From positions 28,272,001-28,336,000 of the forward strand of contig OZ024742.1 of assembly GCA_964016885.1 (NCBI GenBank): DNA of 64,000 nt, written 5' to 3'. The stretch is from Eledone cirrhosa. Its lineage: Eukaryota. The notes below the pieces were generated by a model, which was given only the letters and a program-made list of their open reading frames with translations, made no database searches and had not been told where the DNA came from. Position numbers and translations under genes: made by a program. How positions within the stretch are numbered: the stretch's first letter is position 1; each line of letters begins with the position of its first letter. Shown piece after piece: positions 13,965 to 26,049 of this stretch.

Positions 13965-14291
13965 ATATATTAACAAATGGAAACTATATTTATAAAACCA
14001 TATTTATTTCATTATACATATTTCAAGGACACCAAAGCAAATTATGGTGCGCTTTCATCAGATAAAATATAATATAGATCAGTTTTATAAACAAATATTG
14101 ACATACTCTTAAAGAATGTGACCAACCGACATAGTTGCATTCTGTAAGGGTATGTCAATATTTGTTTATAAAACTGATCTATATTATATTTTATCTAATG
14201 AAAGTGCACCATAATTTAACTTGACGTCCTTGAAATATGTATAATGAAATAAATATGGTTTTATAAATATAGTTTCCATTTGTTAATATAT
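13965..14291. mobile_element. Fold-back element with ~155-bp imperfect arms and a hammerhead motif in each arm (Penelope-like end)
   Basis: atatattaacaaatggaaac...gtttccatttgttaatatat; loop ~14121-14133. Confidence 0.85.
14006..14068 (-). ncRNA. Minimal type I hammerhead ribozyme
   Basis: attttat-CTGATGA-aag.cacca(loop)tggtg.ctt-GAAA-tatgta-TA-atgaaat; the mirror copy at 14188-14250 (+) has a mutated CTAATGA core. Confidence 0.75.
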
Positions 14292-14515
14292 ATGGAGGCA
14301 CATGGCTTAGAGGTTAGAGCACTGGCCTTGCAATCGAAAGATTGTGAGTTCAATTCTCAGACCGGGTGATGTGTTGTTTCCTTGAGCAAGACACTTTATT
14401 TCACATTGCTCCAGTTTACTCAGCTGTAAAAATTAGATGATAGGGACTGGGGCCCATCTCATACCACTGCAAAGTGGTCGTGGAGGTGTCATGGCAAAAA
14501 AGCACCCAGCACTCA
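14292..14515 (+). mobile_element. tRNA-derived SINE (family A)
   Basis: A box tggcttagagg, B box gagttcaattc, central ccttgagcaagacacttt domain; matching copies at 27023-27240 and 36648-36762. Confidence 0.85.
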
Positions 14516-14519
14516 GTTT

Positions 14520-14550
<31 letters not shown>

Positions 14551-14617
14551 AATATATATTTATAAATATATATATATATATATTTATAAATATATATATA
14601 TATATTTATAAATATAT

Positions 14618-14650
<33 letters not shown>

Positions 14651-15104
14651 AATATAATATATATATATATATATAGAGAGAGAGAAAGAGATGTGTGTGT
14701 TATCAAAATCATTGTTTAACGTCCATTTTCCATGCTAGAATGGGTATATATATATAGATATATATGAGTGTGTGTATTAAGGGTATATATATACATATAT
14801 ATAGATATATAGATGTGTATGTATGTATGTATAAGTATGTATGTGTATATATATATATACACACACACAGAATTACACACACAAACAGAGAGAGAGAAAC
14901 AGCCATACATAATTACACATAGCTAGATATAAGATGATCATATATCATTGCTATATGAAGTATCATCATTTATCACTATATAGCATATTTTATGGTAGTC
15001 TGAAACAAACAGGAGATAATAGAACACACTCTATCATTCTCTGGTGTCTTTTATACCATTCCAAAGAATCTAATCAATGGAAACCTCCTAGCAAGTATCT
15101 CCAC

Positions 15105-15512
15105 CTCCCACCACTACCTTAACTATTATTGCTCCCACCACCACCACCACCACCACCACCATCCCTCAAACCATCATCATCACCATCATTATCATCAACA
15201 TTATCTTCGCCACTACGTCCATCATCAGGACCATCATTATCATCATCCTCATCCCCACCACTATGACCACCATCATCATCATCCCCACCACTATGACCAT
15301 CATCACCATCATCATCATCCCTGCTACAACAACCATCATTGTCACCATCACCACTACGACCATCATCATCACTATCATCATGAAAGTACCACCACTGCAA
15401 CCATCCTCATCACCACCACAACTAACATAGCAATCATCATCAGCACAACCAGCATCATCACAAGAAACATCATCATCATCATGACCACCACTAACATAAC
15501 CATTAGCACCAC
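15105..15512. repeat. Degenerate (CAT/CAC)n low-complexity repeat
   Basis: Direct inspection. Confidence 0.9.
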
Positions 15513-15639
15513 TAAATACTGTTTTGTACCTTTCAAGAATGTCTTGCTTGTTTCCATATGATTTCTTAATTGAAATGTTTATGGTATCTATTTTAATAGG
15601 AGACCAAATGCTGTATGCCTATGTCTAAAGTCTATCTCA

Positions 15640-15885
15640 AGCTCAGAAGCTCATTAGACTGGTATCTACGGTATGAAGACTCCCTCCCTGGACAGGACGC
15701 CAGTTCATCGCAAGGTTAAACCCTTGGTTATTGCTGTTACTCAGTTTTGTTTCAGCTGAGTTTACTGGAGCAACAGGAAATGAAATGTTTTATTCAAGAA
15801 CACAACATGCAAACCAGCCCAGGAATCAAACCCACGACATTATGATTGTAAGTCCAACACTCTTACTATTAGGCCACATGCCTCC
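15640..15885 (-). mobile_element. tRNA-derived SINE, diverged
   Basis: Minus strand ggaggcatgtggcctaatagtaagag...gtttgattcc...ttgctccagtaaactcagctg...gcgatgaactggcgtcctgtccaggg. Confidence 0.75.
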
Positions 15886-16189
15886 AATGCTCCAAGTGGA
15901 AGAAAAGACCTTTGTTTCAGTTCACATGTTATTTAATCATGTGACGATGTCTATATATTTTCTATTTCATTTCTTAGTTTCCAGCTTTAAACAAATATCT
16001 ATGGAAATTCTCTCAGAGAAATTACTTTAATTGATTTATCTCACAGATTTCTACCAAATATGTTTACTATTTTAGATTTTTAAGTTAATGCTCTTGATTT
16101 TGTTGTTTATTACGTTTATTTTATGTGTTGTTATTGTTGCTGTTATCTTAATTCCTAAACGTGAATAGAATCTTTATTGTTAAATATAT

Positions 16190-17115
16190 TCATCTATAAT
16201 AATCTGTACAAATAAACACAATTTAGGTGGAAAAAAAATTATATTAACAAAATAGAGGAAAAATCTAGACGACACACACATATATGGGCCACAAGGGGAG
16301 AAACTGGAGTTACCCTTTAATATTTGTTGAGGGATGCCAACACATGCATGACGCCAAAACATTGGAATAACCAAACACACTTGCAAGCAACATGGTATAT
16401 CTAGGTGTGAACTTTCACCTGCTGAGGCCCTGAGCTATATGAAATTTGAGTCACTTCACAAAAAAAAAAAAAAATGGGGTAAAAATTCTTGAAATATTTA
16501 TATATGATTATTTTTTAATATGATGAAAAAATAAATAACATATATATATAAATTTATTGGTTATTTAATGTTAAAGAATAAAAACTAATGATAAAATGCA
16601 AATATCTTTTTAAAGATCAGGCCCCAAGGGTATGTCGCTTTAAGCTATAGTTTATTTAGCTTATAAATAAAGTCCAGCATTGGGTATATCAATAAAGTGA
16701 GGCACCAACAATAACAAGAACTTCATTGTCAGTGGCCCAGCTTCACAAAGAGTCTGGAACAACAGAGGATGAAAAAAAATGGCTTGCCAATATTGCTTTT
16801 CAGGTTTTAAATAATACCTCAGGAAATTCCTGTAGAGAAATTTCTTTAATTGATTTATTTCAAAGATTTCTAGCAAATCTTATTACTATTAATGTTGTTG
16901 TTTATCACATTTGTTTTATACGTGCCATGGCATTGCTGCAAGTGTGGTGGCGTCCCTTAAAATATATTAAAGGGAAACTTTAGCACCCGTTGTGGCGTGT
17001 GATTAAGTGTGAGTGTCTCCTTCCACCTTTTATTTCTTCCTCCTACTTTCTTTTTATTACGTGAATGTTTTTTTTTATATATAAATTGTGTTTATATGTA
17101 TGTATTCTATTGAAA
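16190..17115. mobile_element. Old element with long diverged terminal inverted repeats
   Basis: 16288-16356 aligns to the reverse complement of 16929-16997; ataaacacaattta / taaattgtgtttat extends the symmetry outward. Confidence 0.55.
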
Positions 17116-17601
17116 TAAATAGACACCAAATTTTATAGTTGAAGGTGTGTGTCGGTGTATGTGGATGTTGTTGTTGTTGTTATTGCAATCGTAATTCTTA
17201 AACTTCCTTCTAAATTAAGCTGTCCAGGGACCCCAGCAAAGAATCAATAAAAAGAACTTCAACTGTTCTGCAATGGAATGGAACATTAACCAAAGTTGTT
17301 TTCTTCTTAGAAATAAATATGAACATTATTGAAGAATGAATTGGAAAAGTTTGTTTATCTACTTAGTATTTTTATTTTACACAAACATATATATACACAC
17401 ACACAAACACATACATAAATGTGAGTGTGTGTGTGTGTGTGATAGGTATTAATGTAAATATCTCATATATATATATATATATATACATGCACATGTGAAG
17501 ATATACATATATATAAATTAATACACATGCGTAGATATATACATAAGTATTATACATTTATGTGTATGTATGTCTGTGTCAGTATGTGTTTATATATCTA
17601 C

Positions 17602-17639
<38 letters not shown>

Positions 17640-17795
17640 GTAGATGTACATATAGTTATTATAAATTTATGTGTGTATGTGTGTCTTTGTGAGCGTGTTT
17701 ATATATAAATATCTCTCTTTCTACATATATATATATAAATAAATGTATGGGTAGATATACATTCATGTATTATAAATTTGTGTATGTGTCTGTGA

Positions 17796-17890
<95 letters not shown>

Positions 17891-18277
17891 TATATCGACA
17901 TACACATACAAATGTGTTTAATCATAAATATATACTTTTTAAAGATTTCACAAGAGCTTTCCCATTCCAATATCTTGAAGAACAGAAAACAAATTGTTGG
18001 GGAGAAGAAAAAAAATGCCATTTTGAAATACCGTTATTTCTGTTTGGAATGTAAGTAGCCATTGAAAACATCTATACATTTATATCTTAAGAGGTTAAAA
18101 GGCTGATTTGAATCTAAATTGTTTTGCAAGACACTAAAATAATACCAACCAATAACACTGTTTACTTAAAATATTACTGTACACATGAATATGTGTGTAT
18201 ATGTATGTTCTATGTAGATGTGAATAAATATATATTTACATCTTTATACTACAAATTATATATATAAACAAATACAC

Positions 18278-18309
<32 letters not shown>

Positions 18310-18722
18310 TGTTACTCACGTAATAAGCTATATATATATATATATATAATTGGAAATAGATATAAACACTAAAATACTTCCATATGAATTAATCTATGTA
18401 TACAAATTTACCTGTTGAAGCCCATGCCCTGTGACCAAGCAAGGACACTGTTTGTAGTGTCATGCCTTGGGATTGATAAAGGACCCATAAATGTTTTATT
18501 CACACAGCTATGCCTGTGCCATCTTAACAACAGAGCTATGCTGGCATCTGTAAATCTCTCATTCCATATACACACATATTTAAAATCTATGTATAGATAT
18601 ATAGCTACTGGAGCCTTGAGAAAGCAACAGCAAATTTCAGCCCGGAGCTTATAAATGAATCGAAACAACAGAAGTAAGTTTTATTTCATCGTTATGTTTT
18701 TCTGTTTTTTCCCGTTCAAATT

Positions 18723-18790
18723 ATAGCTGTCTGATGAGGTCATAGCTGTTGCATAAAGGTTATCACCGAAATATATATAACAGTGTCTAT
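18723..18790 (+). ncRNA. Minimal type I hammerhead ribozyme
   Basis: gctgt-CTGATGA-ggtcatagc(loop)gttatcacc-GAAA-tatata-TA-acagt followed by AATAAA; lies in a TA-flanked unique segment 18350-18840. Confidence 0.8.
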
Positions 18791-18833
18791 GAATAAATAA
18801 AATTAATTTTATACTGTTGACTTGTACTTCATG

Positions 18834-18864
<31 letters not shown>

Positions 18865-18989
18865 GTAGGAGGTGAGTTTTATTGTAGTACAATAAAGCAA
18901 TGCAGATATCGGATAAGAAGCACTCTACAGTTTGTGGGACTGGAGTATGCATAATATAAGATCAAAAGATGGTTAAAGGAGTTCAATAT

Positions 18990-19058
18990 ATTTTATTATG
19001 CGCATTTCAAAAACAAACATCATCAAACAATAATATTTGTGTTTTCATCAGATAAAAC
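18990..19058 (-). ncRNA. Minimal type I hammerhead ribozyme with palindromic helix III
   Basis: gttttat-CTGATGA-aaacacaaatattat(loop)atgatgtttgttttt-GAAA-tgcgca-TA-ataaaat. Confidence 0.8.
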
Positions 19059-19117
19059 AGGAGAACATGATATGAAGGCTAAAAAAACACTTGTTGATAG
19101 TGCAGTTTTAAATCAAC

Positions 19118-19154
<37 letters not shown>

Positions 19155-19744
19155 AATAGATAGATAAATAATTGATATTGTTATTGTTTCTGATGTTTGA
19201 TTCTGTGCTGGATATTCCTGTTTAGAGAAGAACTGAGCTGTTAACTGATCACCATCTAAGTACCCTCAGTCTGAGATGTCCTAAACATCAGAAAGCCCAT
19301 AAAACTGGCAGATCTAATTTGACCTACATGATAAGGAAGTCAGGACCAGATATGTGGTAACTATTGCATCCAAATTCAGAGAAATCCTCGATCAAACTCA
19401 GAACATTGAAACAGAGTGAAGACTGTTCTGCTTGCCAGTTTTTAATTCAGATGTTAAATGCTGCCGGTGAAATTTTCTTGATGTGGCTGGAATACCTCTC
19501 AGTTCAATCAAGAAGTCAAAGATGCCATCTGAGCAAAGAAGGAGGCTTACAAAGCATAGCTAGGAAATAAGTCTTCCTTCTTGCACTTGCAGTACAAGCA
19601 GGTGGGAAATGTCAGAAAAGAGATAGTAAAGATGATCAAATATAAGACATAGGAGGACTTTGGAGTTAAGCTGGACTAAAAATCAGTATTTAAAGTGTTT
19701 TGGCAGACTATCTGCCGACTTATTTTTATTATTATACTAGACAG

Positions 19745-19955
19745 TGGTGGGTTGGTTGTATCAATACAGTATTAGACAACATATTTTACAGCAGAGCTAT
19801 GTTTGTTACATTCTGAGTTCAAATTCTGGCGAGCTTTGATTTGTCTTTTATCGTTATGGTGTTGATAAAATGAAGTATCAGAAATGTACTGGGATCAATT
19901 TCATTGACTTCCCCTCCCTCAAAATTATTGGTATTATGCCTAAATCAGAAACTAT
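19745..19955 (+). mobile_element. SINE family B, diverged
   Basis: ttctgagttcaaattc...ttgataaaatgaagtatcag...tactggg. Confidence 0.75.
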
Positions 19956-20203
19956 TACTATATGTATTTGACAAAATCAAAATAAATAGGAAACACAAAG
20001 GAGAAAGAATAGTCATTGAAGATGATACAGAATGTGTGATAAAAGAGCTTTGACAAACAAATAGGACAAGCAAATAACTATCTAGTTATTAATCTAACCA
20101 AGGAATAGACTAGACTGTTTTTATATATATATAGGTTTTAACGATGTATATCGGAAGGTGACCACAGTTAAAAAAGGCACTCAATTCATTAGTAGAGTAT
20201 AGG

Positions 20204-20496
20204 CAAGACCAACCCCAGACTATCTGGCTCCCTAGGCAAGGTTAGATTCTGGTGCCCCCTGCTCTCCCTCCTCAAGGAAAATATCAATTTCAAAATTTAT
20301 AAAAAATAAATTAAAAACAATGTTTTTCAACATTTATTTGTCCCTGTATGAAATAAACCAGGATAAAAAAACGACCCTCAATAACACTGAAATTTATTTA
20401 TATATTTTACAAAATTGTTGATTTGGAGGAATGCACCCCTTGAAATCAGTGCCCTAGGTGGCTGCCTAGTTTGCATATATGGTAGCACCAGCCCTG
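20204..20496. mobile_element. Non-autonomous hAT-type MITE
   Basis: 8-bp TSD AGTATAGG at 20196-20203 and 20497-20504; right TIR accagccctg; empty-site homologue at 39021-39110. Confidence 0.85.
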
Positions 20497-20518
20497 AGTA
20501 TAGGCACATTTATATTAG

Positions 20519-20601
20519 AGAAATGACTTCTACAGGACTAGAACTGTTTCATTCATAAGAAGTCAACAGGAAACAATTTTAGTCCTGTAGAAGTCATTTC
20601 T
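20519..20601. repeat. 32-bp inverted repeat with a decayed hammerhead-like loop
   Basis: agaaatgacttctacaggactagaactgtttc / gaaacaattttagtcctgtagaagtcatttct; minus strand reads CTGTTGA...GAAAc...GTC. Confidence 0.75.
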
Positions 20602-21212
20602 ATAATAATATAAATATATAAATAAATATAAATATATATATATATAAATATATACATACACATATATGTACATGAACATATATATATATATTTGTGTATA
20701 TACATATGATGATTGTATGTATGTGTGTATAAGTTTATATATGCCATTCTTTACTTTAGATTAGAGTTCTGGGGAAAGAAAACATGCCCATAAAATTTCC
20801 ATCATCAAAGAATGTAAACAATATATTGTTTTATATATTATTCAGATTATTATTATTATCATTTTCATTATTATTATTGTTGTCTTTATATTTTATTTCA
20901 TTTTAATATCATTTCATTATTATTAATGTTATATATATATACACATACAGTAATATATGTGTGTGTGTGTATATATACATATTTTTGATCTGTCTCTCTC
21001 TCATGCTGGTTATTAATGTTATATATATATATACACACATATATATATGTGTGAGTGTATATACATATTTTTGATCTCTCTCTCTCTCTCGTACTGGTGG
21101 CAGGAACAAAAGCACCCAGTCCATGCTGTAAAGTGGTGCTGGTGTTAGGAAAGCCATCCAGCCAGTATATATTAATGCCAAAAAACTATGATGATATATA
21201 TATATATATTTC

Positions 21213-21435
21213 ATCATCATCATTTAACGTCTAGCTTCCATGCTAGCATGGTTTTAGACGGGAATTGTCCAACATTGAGGCAAGATTGGTCGGGTGACCA
21301 TGTCTCGACTGGAAGGTTTTCTACGGCTGGATGCCCTTCCTAACACCAACCACATTTACAGTGTGGTCTGGGAGGTTTTTACCATGTTACCTACACAGCC
21401 ACATTGCAGCGTGGACTGTGTGTTTTTTTTTACGT
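21213..21435 (-). mobile_element. RTE/SINE shared 3' tail fragment
   Basis: (CAT)n then ttaacgtc...tgcccttcctaacaccaaccacatttacagtgtgg, as in 28794-29175. Confidence 0.85.
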
Positions 21436-21723
21436 GAAACATCTGCTTGACTAAGGAACCATTAAGAGAATTTGAAATTTAAAATGCAGTCGTCCCAATG
21501 TAACTTACTTCGGTAATAGTTGATGAAAGTAAATAACAAAGATGAGCATGTAATATAACTCTGTTCACATTTTCTCTGTCAGTTACCCTACCAATTTTCT
21601 CAAATATGTAGAGTGGTAAACCATTACTATAGTCAATTACATATTGGCAACTACATTTCAAACACACACACACATTATATATATATATATATATATAAAC
21701 AAACTTATATGCCTACACACCCA

Positions 21724-21761
<38 letters not shown>

Positions 21762-21769
<8 letters not shown>

Positions 21770-22297
21770 TGTATATATAGTGTATTTGCTAATACACTGT
21801 ATGCTTAATTAAAAGTATTTTGAAGACCTCACGCTATTGTTTTAAAGTAATGACATAGTCACTACTATAAACCAATAGCGTAAGGTCTACAAAATACTTT
21901 TAATTAAGCATACAGTGTATTACCAAATACACTATATATACATTCATATATACATCGCTATTTCAGAGCATCGATTCTAATTTTCAATTTTTGCTGGACC
22001 GGCAACCGTCTGTATAATCAGTTCCTGATTATTACTGGAATTCTATAAGAATCCAACATTCATAATTTTGAACAAGCAAGGGGAGTGCTAAGCTCTGAGG
22101 AATACCAACACTATGAAACAGAGATCTGTCAGTTTATCTCCCTTTGTTTGTTGAAAAAAGAAGTAAGTGACATTGTCACTACTTTAAAACAATAGCGTAA
22201 GGTCTTCAAAATGCTTTTAATTAAGCATACAGTGTATTACCAAATACACTATATATTACATTCTTATATACATCGCTATTTCAGAGCACCAATTCTA

Positions 22298-22299
<2 letters not shown>
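21762..22299 (+). mobile_element. Retrozyme/Penelope-like non-autonomous element: inverted 5' segment plus ~1.4 copies of a ~317-bp unit containing a hammerhead
   Basis: Direct repeats 21845-21981 and 22161-22299; inverted arm 21762-21854; bounded by (TA)n and (TG)n. Confidence 0.8.
22071..22152 (+). ncRNA. Canonical type I hammerhead ribozyme, predicted cleavage after GUC at 22130
   Basis: Helix I aacaagcaaggggag.tgc.taagct / agttta.t.ctccctttgtttgtt; CTGAGGA 22095-22101; helix II ata/tat; GAAA 22115-22118; helix III acag/ctgt. Confidence 0.88.

Positions 22300-22380
<81 letters not shown>
22300..22380. repeat. Pure (TG)n microsatellite
   Basis: Direct inspection. Confidence 0.97.
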
Positions 22381-22384
<4 letters not shown>

Positions 22385-22509
22385 CTTACATTGAAGAGAA
22401 ATAGTGGCTGAGAAAGTAAGTTAGTAATGTTGGTGTTTTTTATTGTAATTCTCTTTAATTTCCATTCTTTTGATGTGGATGTTATCATGTTGAAAGCTTT
22501 AAGAACATT

Positions 22510-22572
22510 ATATATAGATAGGCAAATATACACACACACATATATATATATATATACACACACACATGTATG

Positions 22573-22612
<40 letters not shown>

Positions 22613-22930
22613 CATACGTATATATGTATATATATATATACACACATACGTATATATGTATATATATATACACACATACGTATATATGTATATATATATA
22701 TATATATACACACATGTATATATGTATATATATATATATATATACACACATACGTGTATATATATATATCACACACACACATACGTATATATATATACAC
22801 ATACACACATGTATATATATACACACACATACACACATATGTATATATATATACAGACACACACATACGTATATATATATATATACAGACACACACATAC
22901 GTATATATATATACACACATACGTATATAA

Positions 22931-22961
<31 letters not shown>

Positions 22962-23105
22962 AAACTGTGGAGAGGAGGCACACATATGTAGGTATATATA
23001 TATACATACATACACACACATATACATATATACATATATATGCACATATATATATGTATATACACACATATATATCATATATATTTATACACACATACAT
23101 ACATT
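22510..23105. repeat. Compound (TA)n(CA)n-TACG minisatellite
   Basis: Recurring cacacatacgtatatatata units. Confidence 0.93.
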
Positions 23106-23519
23106 CACTTGAGTGTGTTTGACTGAAAGTGTGACTGTGATGTTTATTTCTTGTTTATTGTTATTATTGTTGTTATTGTTATTGTTGTGTTAATTCTCAT
23201 ACATCTACTTCTTATTTAGTTTTTTTCTACCTTTCTCTTTCCCATCTTTCTTTCCTTCTTTCAGTCATTGTTTATATATTAATTCTTTCTTTCTATATTT
23301 TACTTCTTTCTTGTATCTGTTAAGAGATTTACCATCTGAAGACATTGATCACAAATGGTTAATTCTAATGTTGATATCTAGTAAACACTGTCCTTTGTAA
23401 AGCTCTTTAACATCGAAAAGATATTTTGTATATATATACATACAATATGTGTATATATGAGTGTGTTGTGTGTGTGTATATGCATATATATGTTTCTTTG
23501 TCTCTCTCTCTCTCCCTCC

Positions 23520-23562
<43 letters not shown>

Positions 23563-23675
23563 AATAAATATATATACAAATAAATATATATATATATAAA
23601 TAAATATATATATATAAATAAATAAATATATATATATATACATATATCATCATGGCTTGGCTTCGCGAACGAAGA

Positions 23676-24327
23676 TTAGGGAAGTTGTCCACGTCGTCTG
23701 CAGGCACGCTCATGACTGACAAGCCCGATGCAGGAAAGGCAGGTCCATGAGCAGTGTCCACAGATGAAGGTAACGTCCGGTGTGGTGTCAGAGGCGGTTC
23801 GGGCTTTCCTTCTGCGTCTCTTGTCTTTTTGCGCGCCTCTTCTGTCTTCCTCAAACTCGCTGACCGCGTTGAAGATCGTGTGACACCAGGCACCACGGTC
23901 CGCAGCCAGGTCTGACCAGCATTGGTGGTCAACATGACATGCGGTGAGAGACTTTTTGAGACAGTCTTTGTAGCGTTTCTTCGGGGCTCCTCTCTCGGTG
24001 GCCGGTGGAGAGTTCGCCAAACAGGGCAATCTTAGGAGGGCGATGGTTCTCCATTCTGGAGACATGCCCTGCCCATCAGAGGTGGTACTTCAGTAGCATG
24101 GCTTCAATGCTGGGGATCTTGGCCTGCTCCAGAACTTCAACATTTGTGACGAAGTCACTCCAGCGAATATTGAGGATGGTGCGGAGACATCGCTGGTGAC
24201 GGATGTGACTGCGGTAGGTGACCCAGGTCTCCGAGCTGTAGAGGAGAGTGGTGATAACCACGGCCCTGTAGACGCTGATCCTTGTCTTCTTCTTCAGGTT
24301 TTTGTTGTGCCAAACACGTTTGTACAA
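23676..24327 (-). pseudogene. RTE C-terminal region with zinc-finger-like motif
   Basis: VYRAVVITTLLYSSETW; [12 protein letters not shown]; [23 protein letters not shown]. Confidence 0.9.
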
Positions 24328-24634
24328 TCTGCCAAAGGAGCTATTTGCCCTAGAGTGTCTGTTGTCAATTTCTTTGTCGATCCTTGCATCGGATGAGATG
24401 ATGCAGCCCAGGTATGTGAACTGCTGTGTTGATTTCAGTTCGGTATCACAGATAGTGATGTAGGGTGGGCGGTATTCTTCTTGGGAGCAGGCTGTTGAAG
24501 AACCTCCATCTTCTTGAGGCTAACCTCCAGGCCAAAGAGCTGTGAGGCGTCTGCAAAGCAGGACGTGATGCGCTGCAGAGCTCGCTCTGTGTGGGCGACG
24601 AGGGCAGCATCGTCTGCAAAGAGAAGGCCTCAGA

Positions 24635-25054
24635 TCAGCCTCTCCTGGGTCTTGGTATGGGCCTGGAGACGCCATAGATTGAAGAGGCTGCCATCCATAC
24701 GGTACCTAACATAACCCCATCCCCATTATCCAGATCCTCAGTTGCATGCTTGAGCATCATGCTGAAGAAGATGCTGAAGAGAGTCGGTGCCGGGACACAA
24801 CCCTGCTTCATGCCGTTGGAGATGGGGAAGGGTTCCCACAGGTCACCGTTGAGTCTGATCTGGCCGCGCTGGTTCTCGTGCAGCTGGATCACCATCTGTA
24901 GAAATTTGGTGAGACAGCCAAGTCGTTCCAGGATGAGCCATAGTCCTGTGCTGCTCACTGTGTCAAATGCTTTTGTGAGGTCGACAAAAGCAGCATAGAG
25001 TCCCTTGTTTTGTTCTCGGCACTTCCCCTGGAGTTGGCGGAGGATGTACACCAT
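24635..25054 (-). pseudogene. Reverse transcriptase core fragment of the RTE ORF
   Basis: RQLQGKCREQNKGLYAAFVDLTKAFDTVS...GMKQGCVPAPTLFSIFFS. Confidence 0.95.
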
Positions 25055-26049
25055 GTCCGTCGTGCCTCTGTTGGCTCTGAAGCCACACTGGCTCTCGGGG
25101 AGGTTTTCTTAAGCAATGGTTGGTATGAGCCTGTTGAGCAGGATCCTGGCAAGTACTTTGCCAGCGATGAAGAGTAGGGTGATTCCCCGGTATTTGGAGC
25201 AGTCAGACTTTTCACCCTTGTTCTTGTACAGGGTTATGATGATGGCATCGCGAAGATCCTGTGGCAGCTTACCCTGCTCCCAACAGCAGACAAGAAAATC
25301 GTGTAATTTGTCGTGGAGCGTCGGGCCTCCTTTCTTCCAGATTTCTGGTGTGATGCTGTCAACTCCTGCTGCTTTGCAACTCTTGAGTTATTCTATGACT
25401 TCAGTCATCTCTTCGAGGGTAGGTGGTTCGTCGAGCTCCTCTTTGAGTGGAAGTTGAGGAACGCGATGGATGGCAGCGTCCTGTACGGTGCGGTCAGCAC
25501 TGAAGAGGCTTTGGAAGTGCTCGGACTAGCGAGCGAGGATGGAGGTGTTATTGGTGAGGAGGTCCTCTCCATCTGAACTGCGCAGGGGACTCTGGACCTG
25601 GTGGGTGGGGCCATACACTGCTTTCAGAGCCTCATAGAAGCCCCTATAGTCTCCGAGATCAGTGCACAGCTGGGTTCTCCATGCCAGGTGGTCCCACCAC
25701 TCGTTCTGTATTTTTCTGAGTTTGCGCTGTAGGGTGCTGCATGCGCGTCAAAAGGTATCTTTCTTTACAGGACAGGTTGGTTGTGCAAGGTGGGCCTGAT
25801 GAGCTGCCCTCTTCTTTGCTAGTAAGTCCTGGATCTCCTTGTCATTTTAATCAAACCAGTCCTTGTTTTTCTTTTTTGTGTGTCCAAGAACTTCCTCAGA
25901 TGTCTTAAGGATGGCTGATTTCAGGTTCTCCCACAAGGTGTTTGGGGTGGGGTCATCAGTGCAAGGGGATTTGTCTAGTTTTTGTTGCAGGTCTGCTTGG
26001 AACTTGGCTTTCACTTCCTCCCGGCACAGGCTGCCGACGTTGAGTTTCT

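Noticed and set aside
14292-14370. tRNA gene
   Set aside because: A and B boxes run into a SINE body; no convincing cloverleaf
19230-19700. Possible very old LINE fragment
   Set aside because: No diagnostic motif could be read with confidence
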